From Mytilus edulis (taxonomy: Eukaryota): a stretch of DNA of 64,000 bases. The notes beneath the pieces were generated by a model. It was not told where the DNA came from. It was given only the letters and a program-made list of their open reading frames with translations, and made no database searches. Where the stretch lies: NCBI RefSeq assembly GCF_963676685.1, contig NC_092346.1, positions 47,554,001 to 47,618,000 of the forward strand. Reading direction: 5' to 3'. This document shows, one piece after another, positions 1 to 12,889 of this stretch (positions are counted from its first letter, which is position 1; each line of letters starts with the position of its first letter). Both the position numbers and the translations under genes were made by a program.

Positions 1-643
1 GTACAACTTTGTACTTTTTTCACTTTCGATCTTTTATATCTGGGCGTCACTTGTAAGTCTTGTGTGGACAAGGCGCGTTTTTGGCGTATTGAATTTTAAA
101 CCTGATGCTTTTTGTTATCTATTAATCATGTTTTTCTTTGTCTAATGTGTTCTATTAATTTGTATTGTAGTCCTGTAATATTATGTTGTCATTTCAATGT
201 TATATTTAACTTTGCCATTAAAGTGCGAGGTTTGGCATGCCACAAAACCAGGTTCAACCCACCACTTTTATTCCAATTTAAAAGTGTCCTGTACCAAGTC
301 AGGAAGATGGCCATTGTTATATTATTGTTCGTTTCTGTGTGTGTTGCATTTTAACGTTGAGTCGTTTGTGTTTTCTCTTATTTTTGAGAAATTGAGATAA
401 GACGTGGCACGGTACTTGTCTATCCCAAATTCATGTATTTGGTTTTCATGTTATATTTGTTATTCTCGTGGTGTTTTGTCTGATGCTTGGTCCGTTTCTG
501 TGTGTTACGTTTCGGTGTTATGTCGTTGTTCTCCTCTTATATTTAATGCGTTTCCCTCGGTTTTAGTTTGTTACCCCGATTTTGTTTTTTGTCCATGGAT
601 TTATGAGTTTTGAACAGCGGTATACTACTGTTGCCTTTATTTG
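1..643 (+). repeat. Interspersed repeat with a decayed hammerhead-like head (retrozyme-related family)
   Basis: Reverse-complement copies at 21197-21678 and 60970-61345; fragments near 14090-14170 and 22567-22640. Positions 44-88 resemble the hammerhead at 38194-38237 with a mutated core. Confidence 0.7.
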
Positions 644-1654
644 TATAAAAAAAAACATTTTTTTAGTAAAAATAAGCATGTACGAAATACCAAACGATCA
701 GGCTGAAGTATAGCTTTTTAAGTGGTAATTGTATTGACTAACAGAAATTTTACTTACAGCTTAAAAAACGTAAAAGCTTAGCAAATTTCGATCATAGCTA
801 TAGACATGGAATATCAAGCTTTCAACTACATTTGAAGCATGCATACTTTAATTAAACTTTAAAATTATGTCGCATCAAGCATCACAGAAAATGGATTAAA
901 TGTCTAAATAAATGTCGGTTGCAGTTAAGTTGAAACCTTTTTAGTTCATTATTTGAATAAGAAGATGTGACACCTCTCCACAGAGAATAAATGACAAAGA
1001 AGTTAACAACTAAATGTCACCGTAAGCTTCATATTTGAATAAGACGATGTTATATGATTGTGAATAGGATTACTATCTGATATGCATAGACCTTATGAGG
1101 TAGACGGAAGCAACAATAGGTCAAAGGGTTTCATTATTACCAAATACCACAGACAGAAAATAACCTTGTTATAGCAGACCGACTACCCGATTTATGCAAA
1201 CACAAATAACATAAAACAAATAGGGCATACATCAATCATTGCCAACCATTACTTTCAGACTCCGGACTTGAACCTTTCATTTAATGAGACGTGGATTAAC
1301 ATGTATGCGTGCGCTTAACTATCTTTTAACCTTTTTAATAATATAACAGTTCAACAGATCAATTTGAAAATACTTGACAAATTAAAACACTTACCTTTAA
1401 AAAAACATTCACAAACAAAGAAAACATAAAGTACCAGTCTAAGATCATACATTTACGGAAGTAATTATCCTTTGTTAGAAATGTAGATTGTAGAATTATC
1501 AAATAATTTTAAATGATTTCCGTCAGTACCTTTTACACCGAAACATATCGAGTAACTGAAATATATCATAGTAATAATAACAATTATTTTTTTCTCCCAA
1601 ATCATAACAAATATATTCATGCATCATATTTGAATATTTTGTTTTCTATTAAAG

Positions 1655-4600
1655 GTATCTCTTGTGCAAATGTGACAGTCGTTCAGCAGGTAATATGTAA
1701 ATTAAAACAGAATAAACTTATTATAGCTGACTATGCGGTATGGGCTTTGCTCATTGTTGAAGGCCGTACGGTGACCTATAGTTTTTAATGTCTGTGTCAT
1801 TTTGGTCTTTTGTGGATAGTTGTCTCATTGGCAATCATACCACATCTTCTTTTTTATATTATAGCTAGAGAAATTACCATATGTCAAATGTACCGATAGC
1901 ATATAGTGTGTAGCACCTATCAAATTAAAGCATGTGATATAAGAACATATTTAGTAAACTCAATTGCTTTACAGTATATCTTTATGGAACACCTGAAATT
2001 ACCTAGATGGTTTTTTTTTGGGGAGGGGGCGGGGGGTTCGCGTAGCTCAGTATTTTTTTGATGTTGTGTTCTGTGTACTGTTTTTTTCGTTATTGTCTTT
2101 TCTTTGTGTTTGCCATGACGTTTTAAGTTTTATTTCGACTTATGAATTTGAATGTCATTTTGGTATCTCTCGACTCTCTTTTAAAAACATATAGATCCAT
2201 TACGAACAAAAATATAGATGTTAAGTTTATGTTTGTTATTGTTTCCTATATTTGATAGTGTCTTAACGTTTCTTCAAGAAACGCTTAACTAGTAACTGTA
2301 GTTAATATAAATGCAGAACCCGGCTTTGATACATTAACCACAGTTTTTGATATATTATAGTAGGGAAACCTACAAATGTTTATAAAAGCAACAGATTGTA
2401 TTGATGTTTTTATCTCTTAAATCAATTAGGAATAGAAAAAAAATCAAGTTTACAAACGGAATATTGGGTAATCGATCGCACGAACTCATAAAATGGGTAA
2501 CAATGGTTGCATCGACAGGATAGGTTTCTTCTGCTGTACATGAAGCACCCACTGTACGAATTCAAATTTAGTGAAAGTATCACAATCGGTAAAATAACAG
2601 ACCAAACGACTTTATCAAAACTACAGATAAACAATTTTTACTAGAATCCTTTACATCAATGTTTATCAGTGCTCCATTTGAACTTGGTGTTGTGGAAGGC
2701 ATTTGGATACAAAATTGCAAACTTTACATGTTTTAACAAAATTTGCATTGAAAGAATATCGGTAATCCATTTGACAAAATACCTAGCTGTACTTCAAAAC
2801 AAATTTCAAATCGGTTAAAGGTGTTTTTCTTTTTTACTTTGGGATAATTTGTAATTTTGTAATTATTCAGGCTTTATCAATTTATGACCAATTTGGAAGT
2901 AAAGGAAATTATTTTGTTAGAACCTTTAAGTACACACATTTCGCTACATGACAGATCAAAAGAGCATTTGAAAATACCGTATAGCGGGCTATTTTCGCGG
3001 ATAGAACAAAATCGTCAAAATAAATTCCGCCAATTTAAAACGGCACATTCAAAGGTATTTATAAGGTTTTGAATCCGCCAAAATAAAAACCGGCAAAATA
3101 TTTCGTATTCCTTGTTCAATGAAAATCGCGAAATTTTACACCCGCGAAAATAACCCGCTACACGGTAGTTCTGGTGGGAAATAAGATAGAGGAGAGACCA
3201 ATTGCCCCTTATCTTTTGCTTTTTTTGTAATCATAGTCTATCATTATTTGTGTGTAAAGTAATGCCAGTACTTATAACAAAGGAAGGGAATGTCAACAGA
3301 ATGTGTTAAACATTTTTTTAAAGTCCTCGCAAATCAATTCATTAATTACTTTTACAGCAGAACAAAGTCAATATGACATTACACTCTGATCAAATTGTTG
3401 GTCTAACTTCCCCAAGAACTTCACACCTCCATACTTGCACCGGTGTTATTGGCAACCTAACGGGAGACATTAAGGTTGAAATACAGTTGGCAGGAAATGC
3501 TAACTATCAATCAATAAGTCCTAGTTATTCAACTATCACAGATACAACAGTCAACTGTGAAATTATGAGAATCCTCAAGTTTTGGATTGGATTCACTACG
3601 GCTATGTACAATGCAACTATCAGATGTCAAGTAACAAATGGTATTTTTCCTGATGCTTCGCCTAAATACTATAGCAGTGAAACTCTTCAACTTGTTTCAA
3701 GTAAGTGGGAACTCGTGTAGAATAAGAAGTATTTTTTATTAAATGAAAATAAAACAAGCAAAGAAGACCACTTCTGTGAAACCGTGAACACCTTTCACAA
3801 ACATATGGATAAATATCAGAAAAAAAAGGCTAATTCATTAATCAAAACAACTTAATTCTTTTACGACTTTGATAATTTAATAGACCCCTTAATGTCATTT
3901 GTTGTTAGACTTTTTTTTACATTTTTAAATAGGTCATATTCACCCGACTTCCCGCATATTTAAACTTGATATCAAATTACACACATACAACTTGGAATCA
4001 TTATCAAGAGTCAAAGAAGTTATACATTAAATTGACAATTTTTTTTTTTATTTAAACCAAGTTTACACATGTATCAATTCCATTGCACTTATTTTATTTT
4101 GTATTTCCATTTATCTACAACGACTACAAAAAAACACTGCAAAAATGAATATTTGGATAAATAAACGACAATACTTTTTATTTTTAACAATCCTTCCCTT
4201 TGTAAGATCATAAGTTTACAAAAGCATGTAATTCTTAAACTTAAATATGATAACCGAGGACAAAATTTCAAGGAAAAATCCTTAAAAAGTGTATTTAGAA
4301 CTACATATTGGTGTTTTAACATCCTTTTTAGATGATGTATTATAATATTCAAATGAACGATATTTTCGGGAGTTTGTAAACATATGACTTTGGAAACTAA
4401 TGTCCTGACCTTGCACGATGTGAACAGTAAAATAATTTTTTAAAAACTCCGAGGAAATTCAATACCGAACGGCCTTAATCAAAGATCAAAATCAAAAACA
4501 CATGAACTTTTTGCGTAGTGGTTTGTAATTTGCTTATTGTGTTGTTCCTCTTTCACTTTTGACATTATATTGGTAATCTCCGAATAAAAGTATTTCATTG

Positions 4601-4944
4601 AAATTTTGGATTTTTTATTGCAACTGCATGTATACCTGTGTATATCGAGCATTTTACTAGAAATACTTTCAATTTGTATATATTGCACGGAGTGTCTGCC
4701 AAGGTTTCAATTGATATTAGACTCCTGATGATCTTGTGATAACAAAACTATCATTTCAGATGACTTTTGTGAACAGAATTTAAATGGAACCATAACCAAC
4801 AAATATCATCATCCAACAACCTGTCATAGATATGTTACTTGTGAAGATAGAGCACCCTCTGTTCAAGCATGTCCAGGCAATATTTGCTTTAGTTTAGAAA
4901 AAGATTATTGTGATTATTGCTCTCATGTAAAAACTTGTCCGTAG
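1655..4944 (+). CDS. Paralog A (3' part only): Ig-like + CBM14 chitin-binding protein; exons 1655-1689, 3361-3700 (or 3358-3700), 4760-4944
   Basis: Three GT-AG exons with compatible phases (1>0, 0>1, 1>stop). Lengths 35/340/185 nt match exons 7-9 of paralog C (35/340/185) and B (35/340/179). The last exon reads NDFCEQNLNGTITNKYHHPTTCHRYVTCEDRAPSVQACPGNICFSLEKDYCDYCSHVKTCP*. Upstream exons lie before the window. Confidence 0.85.
1729..1857 (+). mobile_element. 5'-truncated SINE-like/Penelope-tail insertion with 9-bp flanking duplication
   Basis: ATTATAGCT at 1720-1728 and 1858-1866. Ends in AGTTGTCTCATTGGCA..ACCACATCTT like 38279-38421. Absent from the homologous intron of paralog C (about 49350). 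Confidence 0.7.
2975..3167. mobile_element. MITE, TA-flanked (Tc1/mariner-type non-autonomous)
   Basis: TIRs TACCGTATAGCGGGCTATTTTCGCGG / CCGCGAAAATAACCCGCTACACGGTA. Confidence 0.75.
3361..3700 (+). CDS. Paralog A exon: Ig-like domain 2
   Basis: LHTCTGVIGN...NCEIMR...MYNATIRC. Acceptor TTTACAGCAG, donor GTAAGT. Homologous to 29570-29909 and 50654-50993. Confidence 0.85.
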
Positions 4945-5076
4945 TTAAACCGACTACCTTGAAACTTGTTTGATTTTTCACATCTGTATTTATATGAACA
5001 AATTTCAATTGATGATCTTGGTTATTGTTGATCGCCTTCGAAAAATTGCAGGAGAACAAAACTATCACACTACGTA

Positions 5077-5521
5077 TAGAATCATATTCAAAACAGTGTA
5101 ACTGTGGCCATTGATTGACAACCTTAAATTATCCCATTGACTGGGGCAGATTAGGTGAACGTGTGTCTGTAACGACAACTGCTCACTACTTACTTATTAT
5201 AGAATTTAAACTGTGGGGTCACCAAAGGTTCTTAAAGCCTTTAATATTAAAATAGTTCGAAAAATTAATCAGGAATAACTTTATGTTTTGATTTATATTA
5301 TTGATATAAATCAAAACATCGTGTTTTTCCTGATTAGTTTTTCTAATTTCTTTATTTAGGTGTTGATAACCTTTTGTGACCCCACAGTTTAAGTGCCTTT
5401 AACAAGTACATAGTGAGCAGCGGTTGTTACAGCGAACGTTCACATAATCTGCCCCAGTCAATGGGATAATTTAAGGTTGTCAATCAATGGCCACAGCTAC
5501 ACTGTTTTGAATATGATTCTA
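5077..5521. mobile_element. Foldback MITE (about 445-bp near-perfect palindrome, TA ends)
   Basis: TAGAATCATATTCAAAACAGTGTA...TACACTGTTTTGAATATGATTCTA. The arms pair essentially to the centre near 5300. Confidence 0.85.
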
Positions 5522-6713
5522 AATACCTTAAAATGCAATTTTGATCCAGTAAGAGAAAGACCATATATGTATCCAAAAACATATTGGCATGCATTTTTGA
5601 TTTAAATGGCATACCTTGTCATACAGACTTTTGTTAATAGGGAGCCAACAAACCAATATTTTTGGTTAATTTGATTACAAATAGAGATACAAAAGTTTGG
5701 ACTCAAAATATAAGTAAAAAGGCATTGCATGTTTGTAAGGTTATATTCCATTTTGGGACTATAAATAGCTATAAGACTTTATAATACACGGTCATATATT
5801 TCGGATTTACATAATTATACTTTCAGATAGTACAACTTTGATGTATATGCATAAATACTTCTATATATATTATTTCGGATAAAATACTGTATGTTCATAT
5901 AAAGAAGTGGGCACTCTTCTTACCTTATTCATACACATGCTGTATATGGTACTCGGTAACTTCAGCTTTCGACAATTACTTTTTTCATTTTTTTTCTACT
6001 TTGTATCATTTTATTACAAAACTAAAAGAACTGTTTATACATTCTTTCGAGAAAATATTGCTTTCTACTGTCCATTTCGAACTAAAAATTATTTTATTAT
6101 AAGACATTGAATGTATAAGTGCTAGTTTCAATCTGGACAAAAAACACTGACATGAGAGATGTGCATGCACAGTTAAGATGAGGTCAGCAGTATTGAGATA
6201 CAGATGGATGGTCTTGTATCAGTATTCGGGGTGCATGTGTGTATATATATATATTTGTATGGGTTTTGTTTACATTTGTATGAATACATGCATGTGTGTT
6301 GGTAAATATGATGTGTTGGTAAATATGATGTGTTGATGTTCTAAAGTGTTTTGTTTTCTTTTTCATTACTTTTTGTTTTCTTCTATTTAGGATTTTGATT
6401 ATAATTAGTATTTCCTCTTATTTTGTATGTCTTTTCTTTTATACAATTGATACACACATTTTAAAATTAAAACGTGCAAATTGATGGACAAACAATTTTC
6501 ATATGTATTTAAATTTTACTTGAGCACAAACATTTTTTACACATTTTACTTATGATGCTCTCGACAAAAGTTGTTGGGTGAAAAAATTATTCATTGTGAA
6601 ATAACTTTTACATATAGATGTGTATGTTTTGTTAATGCTGCTTGGATATATATAATTGACCTATATATATCTATATTATTTATGCTATTCTTGTTTAATC
6701 ACTTTATTATATT

Positions 6714-8550
6714 ATGTCGACTTTACGATTGGTAGTGTAAATTGAAGGGTTTTATCAGATATAGTTACAATAATTGATATTTTTACAAAATATGAGGATT
6801 TATATGAGATAAGTATATTATTAGCACATCTTAAAAAGACAAACAATGGCTTTTTGAATGAAGATATGTGGGGAAATTTATTTCTTATTCTATTAAAAGT
6901 AGAGGGGTAGCTTTTCTTTTGAAAAATACTTTTGAATTTGACATTCATGAGGAAACTATAGAGTTGTTTAGTTGTTTGGTTATTTCATTATATCAGATAT
7001 AATCATGCAGGACTTCCGTATAACTTTGGCAGCTATATATTGACCGAATAATGACGATCCAGTCTTTTTTGAGAACTTAAAAAACAAAATATTCCACTAC
7101 GGCATTTCTTCATTTGTAGTGTTGCGAGATTAGGCTGTTGTTCAAGATTATGACATGGACACATTGTACATTAGAATTGAAAATAACCCCCAATCAAAAC
7201 CACGACACATGAGGTTATGTTTGACCTTGATTTGTTAGAAGGTACTCATGGCGTGGTTCAAATCACAAACAAAGTCGTTTGGACTACTTCAAGTACTGAT
7301 ATAGAAGCCGATACTCATGTGCTTTTACTTTTAGTTGATATTGAAAAAAACCTTATAATGGTCTTTTATTTTAGAGGTTTTGCAGTTTTATGGCTTTGAT
7401 CATTCATTTATTAGTAAGATAAGAGCAGTCTTTTGGAAAGGTTGTAGTTATTAAAACTTTAGCACTTCCCATTTATTTTCAAGTTCTTACTGTTCTTCCA
7501 ACCCTCCACCCCTTCTCAGAAGGGGTTTTAAAACAGATTCAGAATATATTCCTCATTTTTTTTATGGAAAGGAAAACCTTATGAAGTTGACACAACAATG
7601 ATATTGTGCGAACACTGTAATGGCGTCTCCAGATGTCTAATATTTCTATGTTTGTTATATTGTAAAAATGTCTTTGCTGTATTAATTATTAGACACCACA
7701 AATAACTCTCCTTGAAAAGTTCTGATGCTTAGTTATATACAAAATTAGGGGGACAAAATCTTACACTTTAGGAGGGACGGATTACTTAATTTAGCAGAAA
7801 CAGTTAATCATTATAGAATGGATTAAAATGTATAGCGTTTTCTTGCCTTTCAGTGCAAAAGAAGTCATTTCAGGTATGTCACAGGATTTTGTCAATAGTA
7901 AAACAGTTAATAATAGGTTTTTGTGACTTAAATACCATATATACAAACTTAGGTGTGAGAACATATCCAACACACAAAAAGGTGGGATAGAATTTTTAAA
8001 ATATTGGATTACTGTTTCTTAACCCCTGTACAAAAGAAAAAAATGGATCAGATGTGGCATAATTTTGTAGAAACAGCTTTTAATTAACAAAATCAAGTGT
8101 GATATTTGTACCATGTATTTAATTATATTTTTTTTGACTTGATCAATCTAACAAGTGTTACGTATTTTGTTCATATTTTGCGTCTAAAACTGTAGTATAT
8201 AATTTCACATGTTTCATCATGAAAGAAAACAAAATACAAAAAAAAGTATAAATTCATTAATTTATGTTACAACAATATTCGATAAACATAAAAACTCTGC
8301 AATTGAAGTGCTAGTTAATGCAGATCAAATGTAGTTAATTAAAGATGTTTTACTAAAGTAAGTTACAAAATACATTTTGAATATATTTTTTTAATAATGT
8401 AATGCTCACACTTGTGTCTGCACTTATGCAATAGATTTTTTTTTTAATTTTACATCTATATAAGCCAATGTTAATACATGCTAGAAAACTTGGCTTTAAT
8501 TGTGATTTTAACAATGACAAATAATTACATGTTTATCGGAGGACATGAAA
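6714..8550 (+). mobile_element. Heavily decayed L1/Tx1-like LINE ORF2 fossil
   Basis: APE endonuclease-like remnants TIGSVN*RG (about 6725) and ITLAAIY*PNNDDPVFFEN (7020-7078); post-RT remnant KVVVIKTLALP...LWKGKP (7438-7580). The right boundary is approximate. Confidence 0.55.
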
Positions 8551-8660
8551 CGACAATGTCTCAACAAAAATATATGTTGCTTTTTATTGTTTGTCAAAAT
8601 ATACTGTCAGACCGCAAGATATAGAAACCTTAAAAATAAAAGGCGATTACTAGTATATAT

Positions 8661-9770
8661 TTTACCGACGAGGATATCATTGCCATGCTGAACTTTTTAA
8701 TTGACAACATATTTGTTGAATTTGGAGGTTTGTTCTTTTAACAGACTATTGGAACCCCAATGGGTACCAATTGCGCTCCTCTACTTGCAAATTTGTTTCT
8801 TATATTTCTATGAAGCAGAATTTATCCAAGGGCTTGTACACAAAGGAGAAAAGAAATTAGCCCAGTCTTTTAATTTCACCTTTTGGTATATTGATGATGT
8901 ACTGTCTTTTAATGATAATAGATTCAGTGATCACTTACGTTTAATATATCCAAGTGAACTTGAAATTAAAGATACTACCGACACAGATAAATCTGCTTCA
9001 TATTTAGACCTTTTTCTCGAAATGACTACTGATGGTAGGTTGAATACCAAAATTTATGACAAACGCGATGATTTTAATTTCCCTATAGTCAACTTTCCAT
9101 TTCTATGTAGCAACATCCTAGCGGCACCAGCATATTGAGTATATGTGTCTCAATTGATACGTTACTCTAGAGCTAGCTAAAAGTACGTTGATTTTGTTGA
9201 ACAAGGAACACTACTTTCTCAAAAGTTGCTAAGACAGGGCTATGAATCAATCAAATTAAGGTCATCACTCGAGAAATTTTACGGTCGCCATCACGAGCTC
9301 ATTGGCCTTTATGACAAAAGTGTGTCAGAAATCATATCTGATATTCTTCCTCAGTCAAAATAACCTTCCATCATTACCGAACTGAACAGAAATAACACGA
9401 CGGGTGCCGTATACTGTGCAGGAAATGCTTACTATTCCGGAGCACATGATTTCACGCCCGAGTTTTAGTGGAGTTCGTGTTGATTCTTAATTATTATTTA
9501 TAGCTGATGATGTAAATGTCCTTAATGTGTGAGTCTTTGTTTACTCCTTGGTTTTGATTGTTATTGTCTTACATAGAGATGATTTGCCCATTGGTTTCCT
9601 GAAATTTTTTGTATACTTATCAGTGTTGTTTATTCTTTGGTTTTCTATGTTGTGTCATGTGTACTATTGTTTTTCTGTTTGTTTTTTTCATTTTTGGCCA
9701 TGGCGTTGTCGGTTTGTTTTGGATTTGTGTGATTGACTGTCCCTTTGGTGTCTTTCGTCCCTCTTTTATC
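8661..9770 (+). mobile_element. 5'-truncated Penelope-like retroelement RT fragment plus 3' tail (pseudogenised)
   Basis: LIDNIFVEFGG..PMGTNCAPLLA..YIDDVLS..KIYDKRDDFNFPIVNFPFL. It has a frameshift and stops (9136, 9178). The tail is shared with 44960-45435 and 51689-52061. Confidence 0.85.
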
Positions 9771-9832
9771 ATACGTCCTAGTGAAATATGCTTTAAATGT
9801 ACTATATAAATTGTTAACATCTAGTTATTAAC

Positions 9833-10096
9833 AACTGCCATTTATAGTAAACCTATTCTATGAAGATTTATTCATGTGAGTTAATCGTCAAATGAACCAA
9901 GAGTTAACCTGACGAAATTGCATTATCTACACTATTAAACGAAATGACCTCATTTTGTGTCGATTCTCTTCTTTTCGCAATAAATTAATCATCATGCCTC
10001 TGTGTCCTATAGAATTTGATGAATTTGTTGTTATCCTAGGTGTCACATAGAAATAAGAAGATATGGAATGACTGCCGATGAGATGACTCTACACCC
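9833..10096 (+). repeat. About 265-bp direct repeat, copy 1 (copy 2 at 12431-12697)
   Basis: Shared ACTGCCAT...AATCGTCAAATGAACCAAGAGTT...GAAATAAGAAGATATGGAATGACTGCCGATGAGAT. Confidence 0.85.
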
Positions 10097-12420
10097 AGGT
10101 CACAATGTGTAAATATTAAACAATATTTTGTCATATTTGTCATAATATGATCTTCAACAGGGAGCCTTGGCTAGAGCAAGCTATAAAGGGCACAACAATT
10201 ACAAATGTAAAGCAATTCAAACAGGTAAACCGACGGACTTATCTATATTAAAAAAAACGAGAAACACTCATGAACCTCATCAAAAGCTGAAAAATACTGA
10301 ATAGGCTCAATACTTAGGTGCATACAAATGCAGAGGATGAAAATATTGAACAGACACCAATCTTCACCCTTATCTGAAAAATATTGTTACATTTAAACAT
10401 AAAAAAAGACACACCATAAAATATCAATTCAAATGTCTGAACTCGATCAAATTAAAATATAGAGAAAACAAGTTAACATATACTGAATGAATAAATTTGA
10501 TATACATTTATGATACAAAGAAAATACAATATTAATTTTTAGTTCAAAGGGCCAAGTGAGCTTTTTCATCACTTTGTGTCCGTCGTCCGTCGTCGTCGTC
10601 GTCGGCGTCCGTCGTCGTCTGTTAACTTTTACAAAAATCTTCTCCTCTGAAACTACTGGGCAAAATTAAACCAAACTTGGCTACAATCATCATTGAGGTA
10701 TCTAATTTGAAAATTGTGTCCTGTGACCCTTCCGACCAACCAAAATTGCCGCCATGGCTAAAAATAGAACAAAGGGGTAAAATGCAGTTTTGGGCTTACA
10801 TCTCAAATAACAAAGCATTAAGAGCAAATCTGACATGGGGTAAAATTGTTTTTTAGATCAAGATCTATCTGCCCTGAAACTTGCAGATGAATCGGACAAC
10901 CCGTTGTAAGGTTGCTGCACTTGAATTGCTAATTTTAAGGAAATTTTGCCGTTTTTTGGTTATTATCTTGAATATTATTATAGATAGAGATAAACTGTAA
11001 ACAGCGATAATGTTCAGCAAATTAAGATTTACAAATCAGTCAACATGAACAAAATGGTCAGTTGACCCCTTAAGGAGTAATTGCCCTTTATGGTCCATTT
11101 TTAACCATTTTTCGTTTATCTTAGTAATCTTTTACAAAAATGTTCTCCTCTGACACTTATTGGCCAAAATACACCAAACTTGGCTACAATCATCATTGGG
11201 GTATCTAGTTTTAAAAATGTGTCCGGTGACCCGGCCAACTAACCAAGATGGCCGCCATGGCTAAAAATAGAACATAGGGGTGAAATGTAGATTTTTGCTT
11301 AAATCTCAAAAACCAAAGCATTTAGTGCAAATCTGACATGAATAAAATTGTTTATCAGGTCAACATCTATCTGCCCTGAAATTTTCAGATGAATCTGACA
11401 TCCTGTTGTTAGGTTGCTGCCCCTGAATTGGTAGTTTAAGGAAATTTTGCCGTTTTTTGGTTATTATCTTGAATATTTTATAGATAGAGATAAACTGTTA
11501 AAAGCAATAATGTACAGTAAAGTAAGACCTAAAAATAAGTCAACATGACCAAAATAGTCAATTGACCCCTAAGGAGTTATTGCCCTTTATAGTCAATTTT
11601 TAACAATTTTCATAAAATTTGTAAACTTTTACTAACTTTTTCCATTGTAACTTCTTGGCCAAGTTTATTATAGAAAGAGATAATTGTAAGCAGCAAGAAG
11701 TTTCAGTAAAGTAAGATCTACAAACACATCACCATCACCAAAACACAATTTTGTCATGAATCCATCTGTGTCCTTTGTTTAATATTCACATAGACCAAGG
11801 TGAGAGACACAAGCTCTTTAGAGCCTCTAGTTTTTTTAAATGTCAAAAAGACCTTGGACAAAATGGCGTTTAATAAGGTAACGTACACAGGAAAATTTGA
11901 ATATAATGACTTGTTTGTTACATGTAGGAGTACGAACATTTTTTTATTATATTTTACAAAATAAATAAGTTTGTTGTTCACGGTACGAGTACAGAGGTAA
12001 AAACTTCTCGTCGTACTAAATACTTATCAAAAGTGGTTCAGATAAAAAAAGAGTAAGACGAGATATAACACAAAATAAGTAAATATTGAATAACTGAAAT
12101 ATTACAAATTTTGTCAATATGTCATATAAACAGGAAAGTACGATATGAAAATTCAATCAAAACACATCTCAGGGATTTATTTTTTAACGCCATGGACATC
12201 TATAGAAAACATGACCTGTGCAATACCATAATAAAAATATCGACAGGCAGTAAGATTGTTGAAATCTAACCTTATAATGAATATGTATCATATTTTATAT
12301 ATATGAAGTAACCTATATATAGAAAATAAACGTGGATGTGTATTTTGATATCCCACAATTCAAATTAAGTTCTGTTTTAATTTGTTGATGACAAAATCGA
12401 TATGTGTGCTAATGTTTAAC
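10045..12420 (-). mobile_element. Decayed 3' end of the Penelope-like family seen at 54728-56620, interrupted by a Helentron-type element
   Basis: 10050-10530 matches 54728-55215, 12150-12255 matches 55678-55785, and 12364-12420 matches 55864-55920 (ORF C-terminus). Confidence 0.65.
10538..11832 (+). mobile_element. Non-autonomous Helentron/HINE (DINE-1-like) element with internal tandem repeats
   Basis: T-rich ends, 5' AAGGGCCAAGTGAGC, a (GTC/GTCC)n microsatellite at 10578-10620, about 503-bp units starting at 10628 and 11131 (partial at 11628), and a 3' AGGTGAG subterminal motif plus hairpin GCTCT-TT-AGAGC then CTCTAGTTT. Confidence 0.75.
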
Positions 12421-12430
12421 AACATAAAGA

Positions 12431-12697
12431 AACTGCCATATAAAGTACACCTATTCTTTAAAGATTTTTTCATGTATTTTAATCGTCAAATGAACCAAGA
12501 GTTTAACCTAACGAAATTTAATTATCTATACTATTAAACGAGGAGACCTTATCTTGTGCGTCATTTCTCTTCTTTTCGCAATCAATTAATCATCATGCCT
12601 ATGTGTCTTATAGAATTTGATGAATTTATTGTTATCCTAGGTGTCACATCGAAATAAGAAGATATGGAATGACTGCCGATGAGATAACTCTTCACCC
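12431..12697 (+). repeat. About 265-bp direct repeat, copy 2
   Basis: See 9833-10096. Confidence 0.85.
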
Positions 12698-12889
12698 TTC
12701 TTCTTTTGTATACCTTCTCTAAATCATATAACTGCGTTTACTTTCTCTTTCAAAGAAGAACTGACTGAACCATGTATTCCCAATACGACTCATTATCTTG
12801 GTAATAATATGTACCCAGACTTAAATTTGAACTAGATTAAATAAATAAAAGATTGTGAGATGGTTGAATATTCCATTTTTAAAGTTATT

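Noticed and set aside
112-613. Short hydrophobic ORFs (also 9548-9820, 45217-45477, 54597-55407, 60913-61218)
   Set aside because: They fall inside multi-copy T-rich repeats and show no coding signature.
9136-9138. In-frame TGA as selenocysteine in the Penelope-like RT
   Set aside because: It replaces the conserved Gly of YGVY, the copy has other stops and a frameshift, and I found no convincing SECIS.
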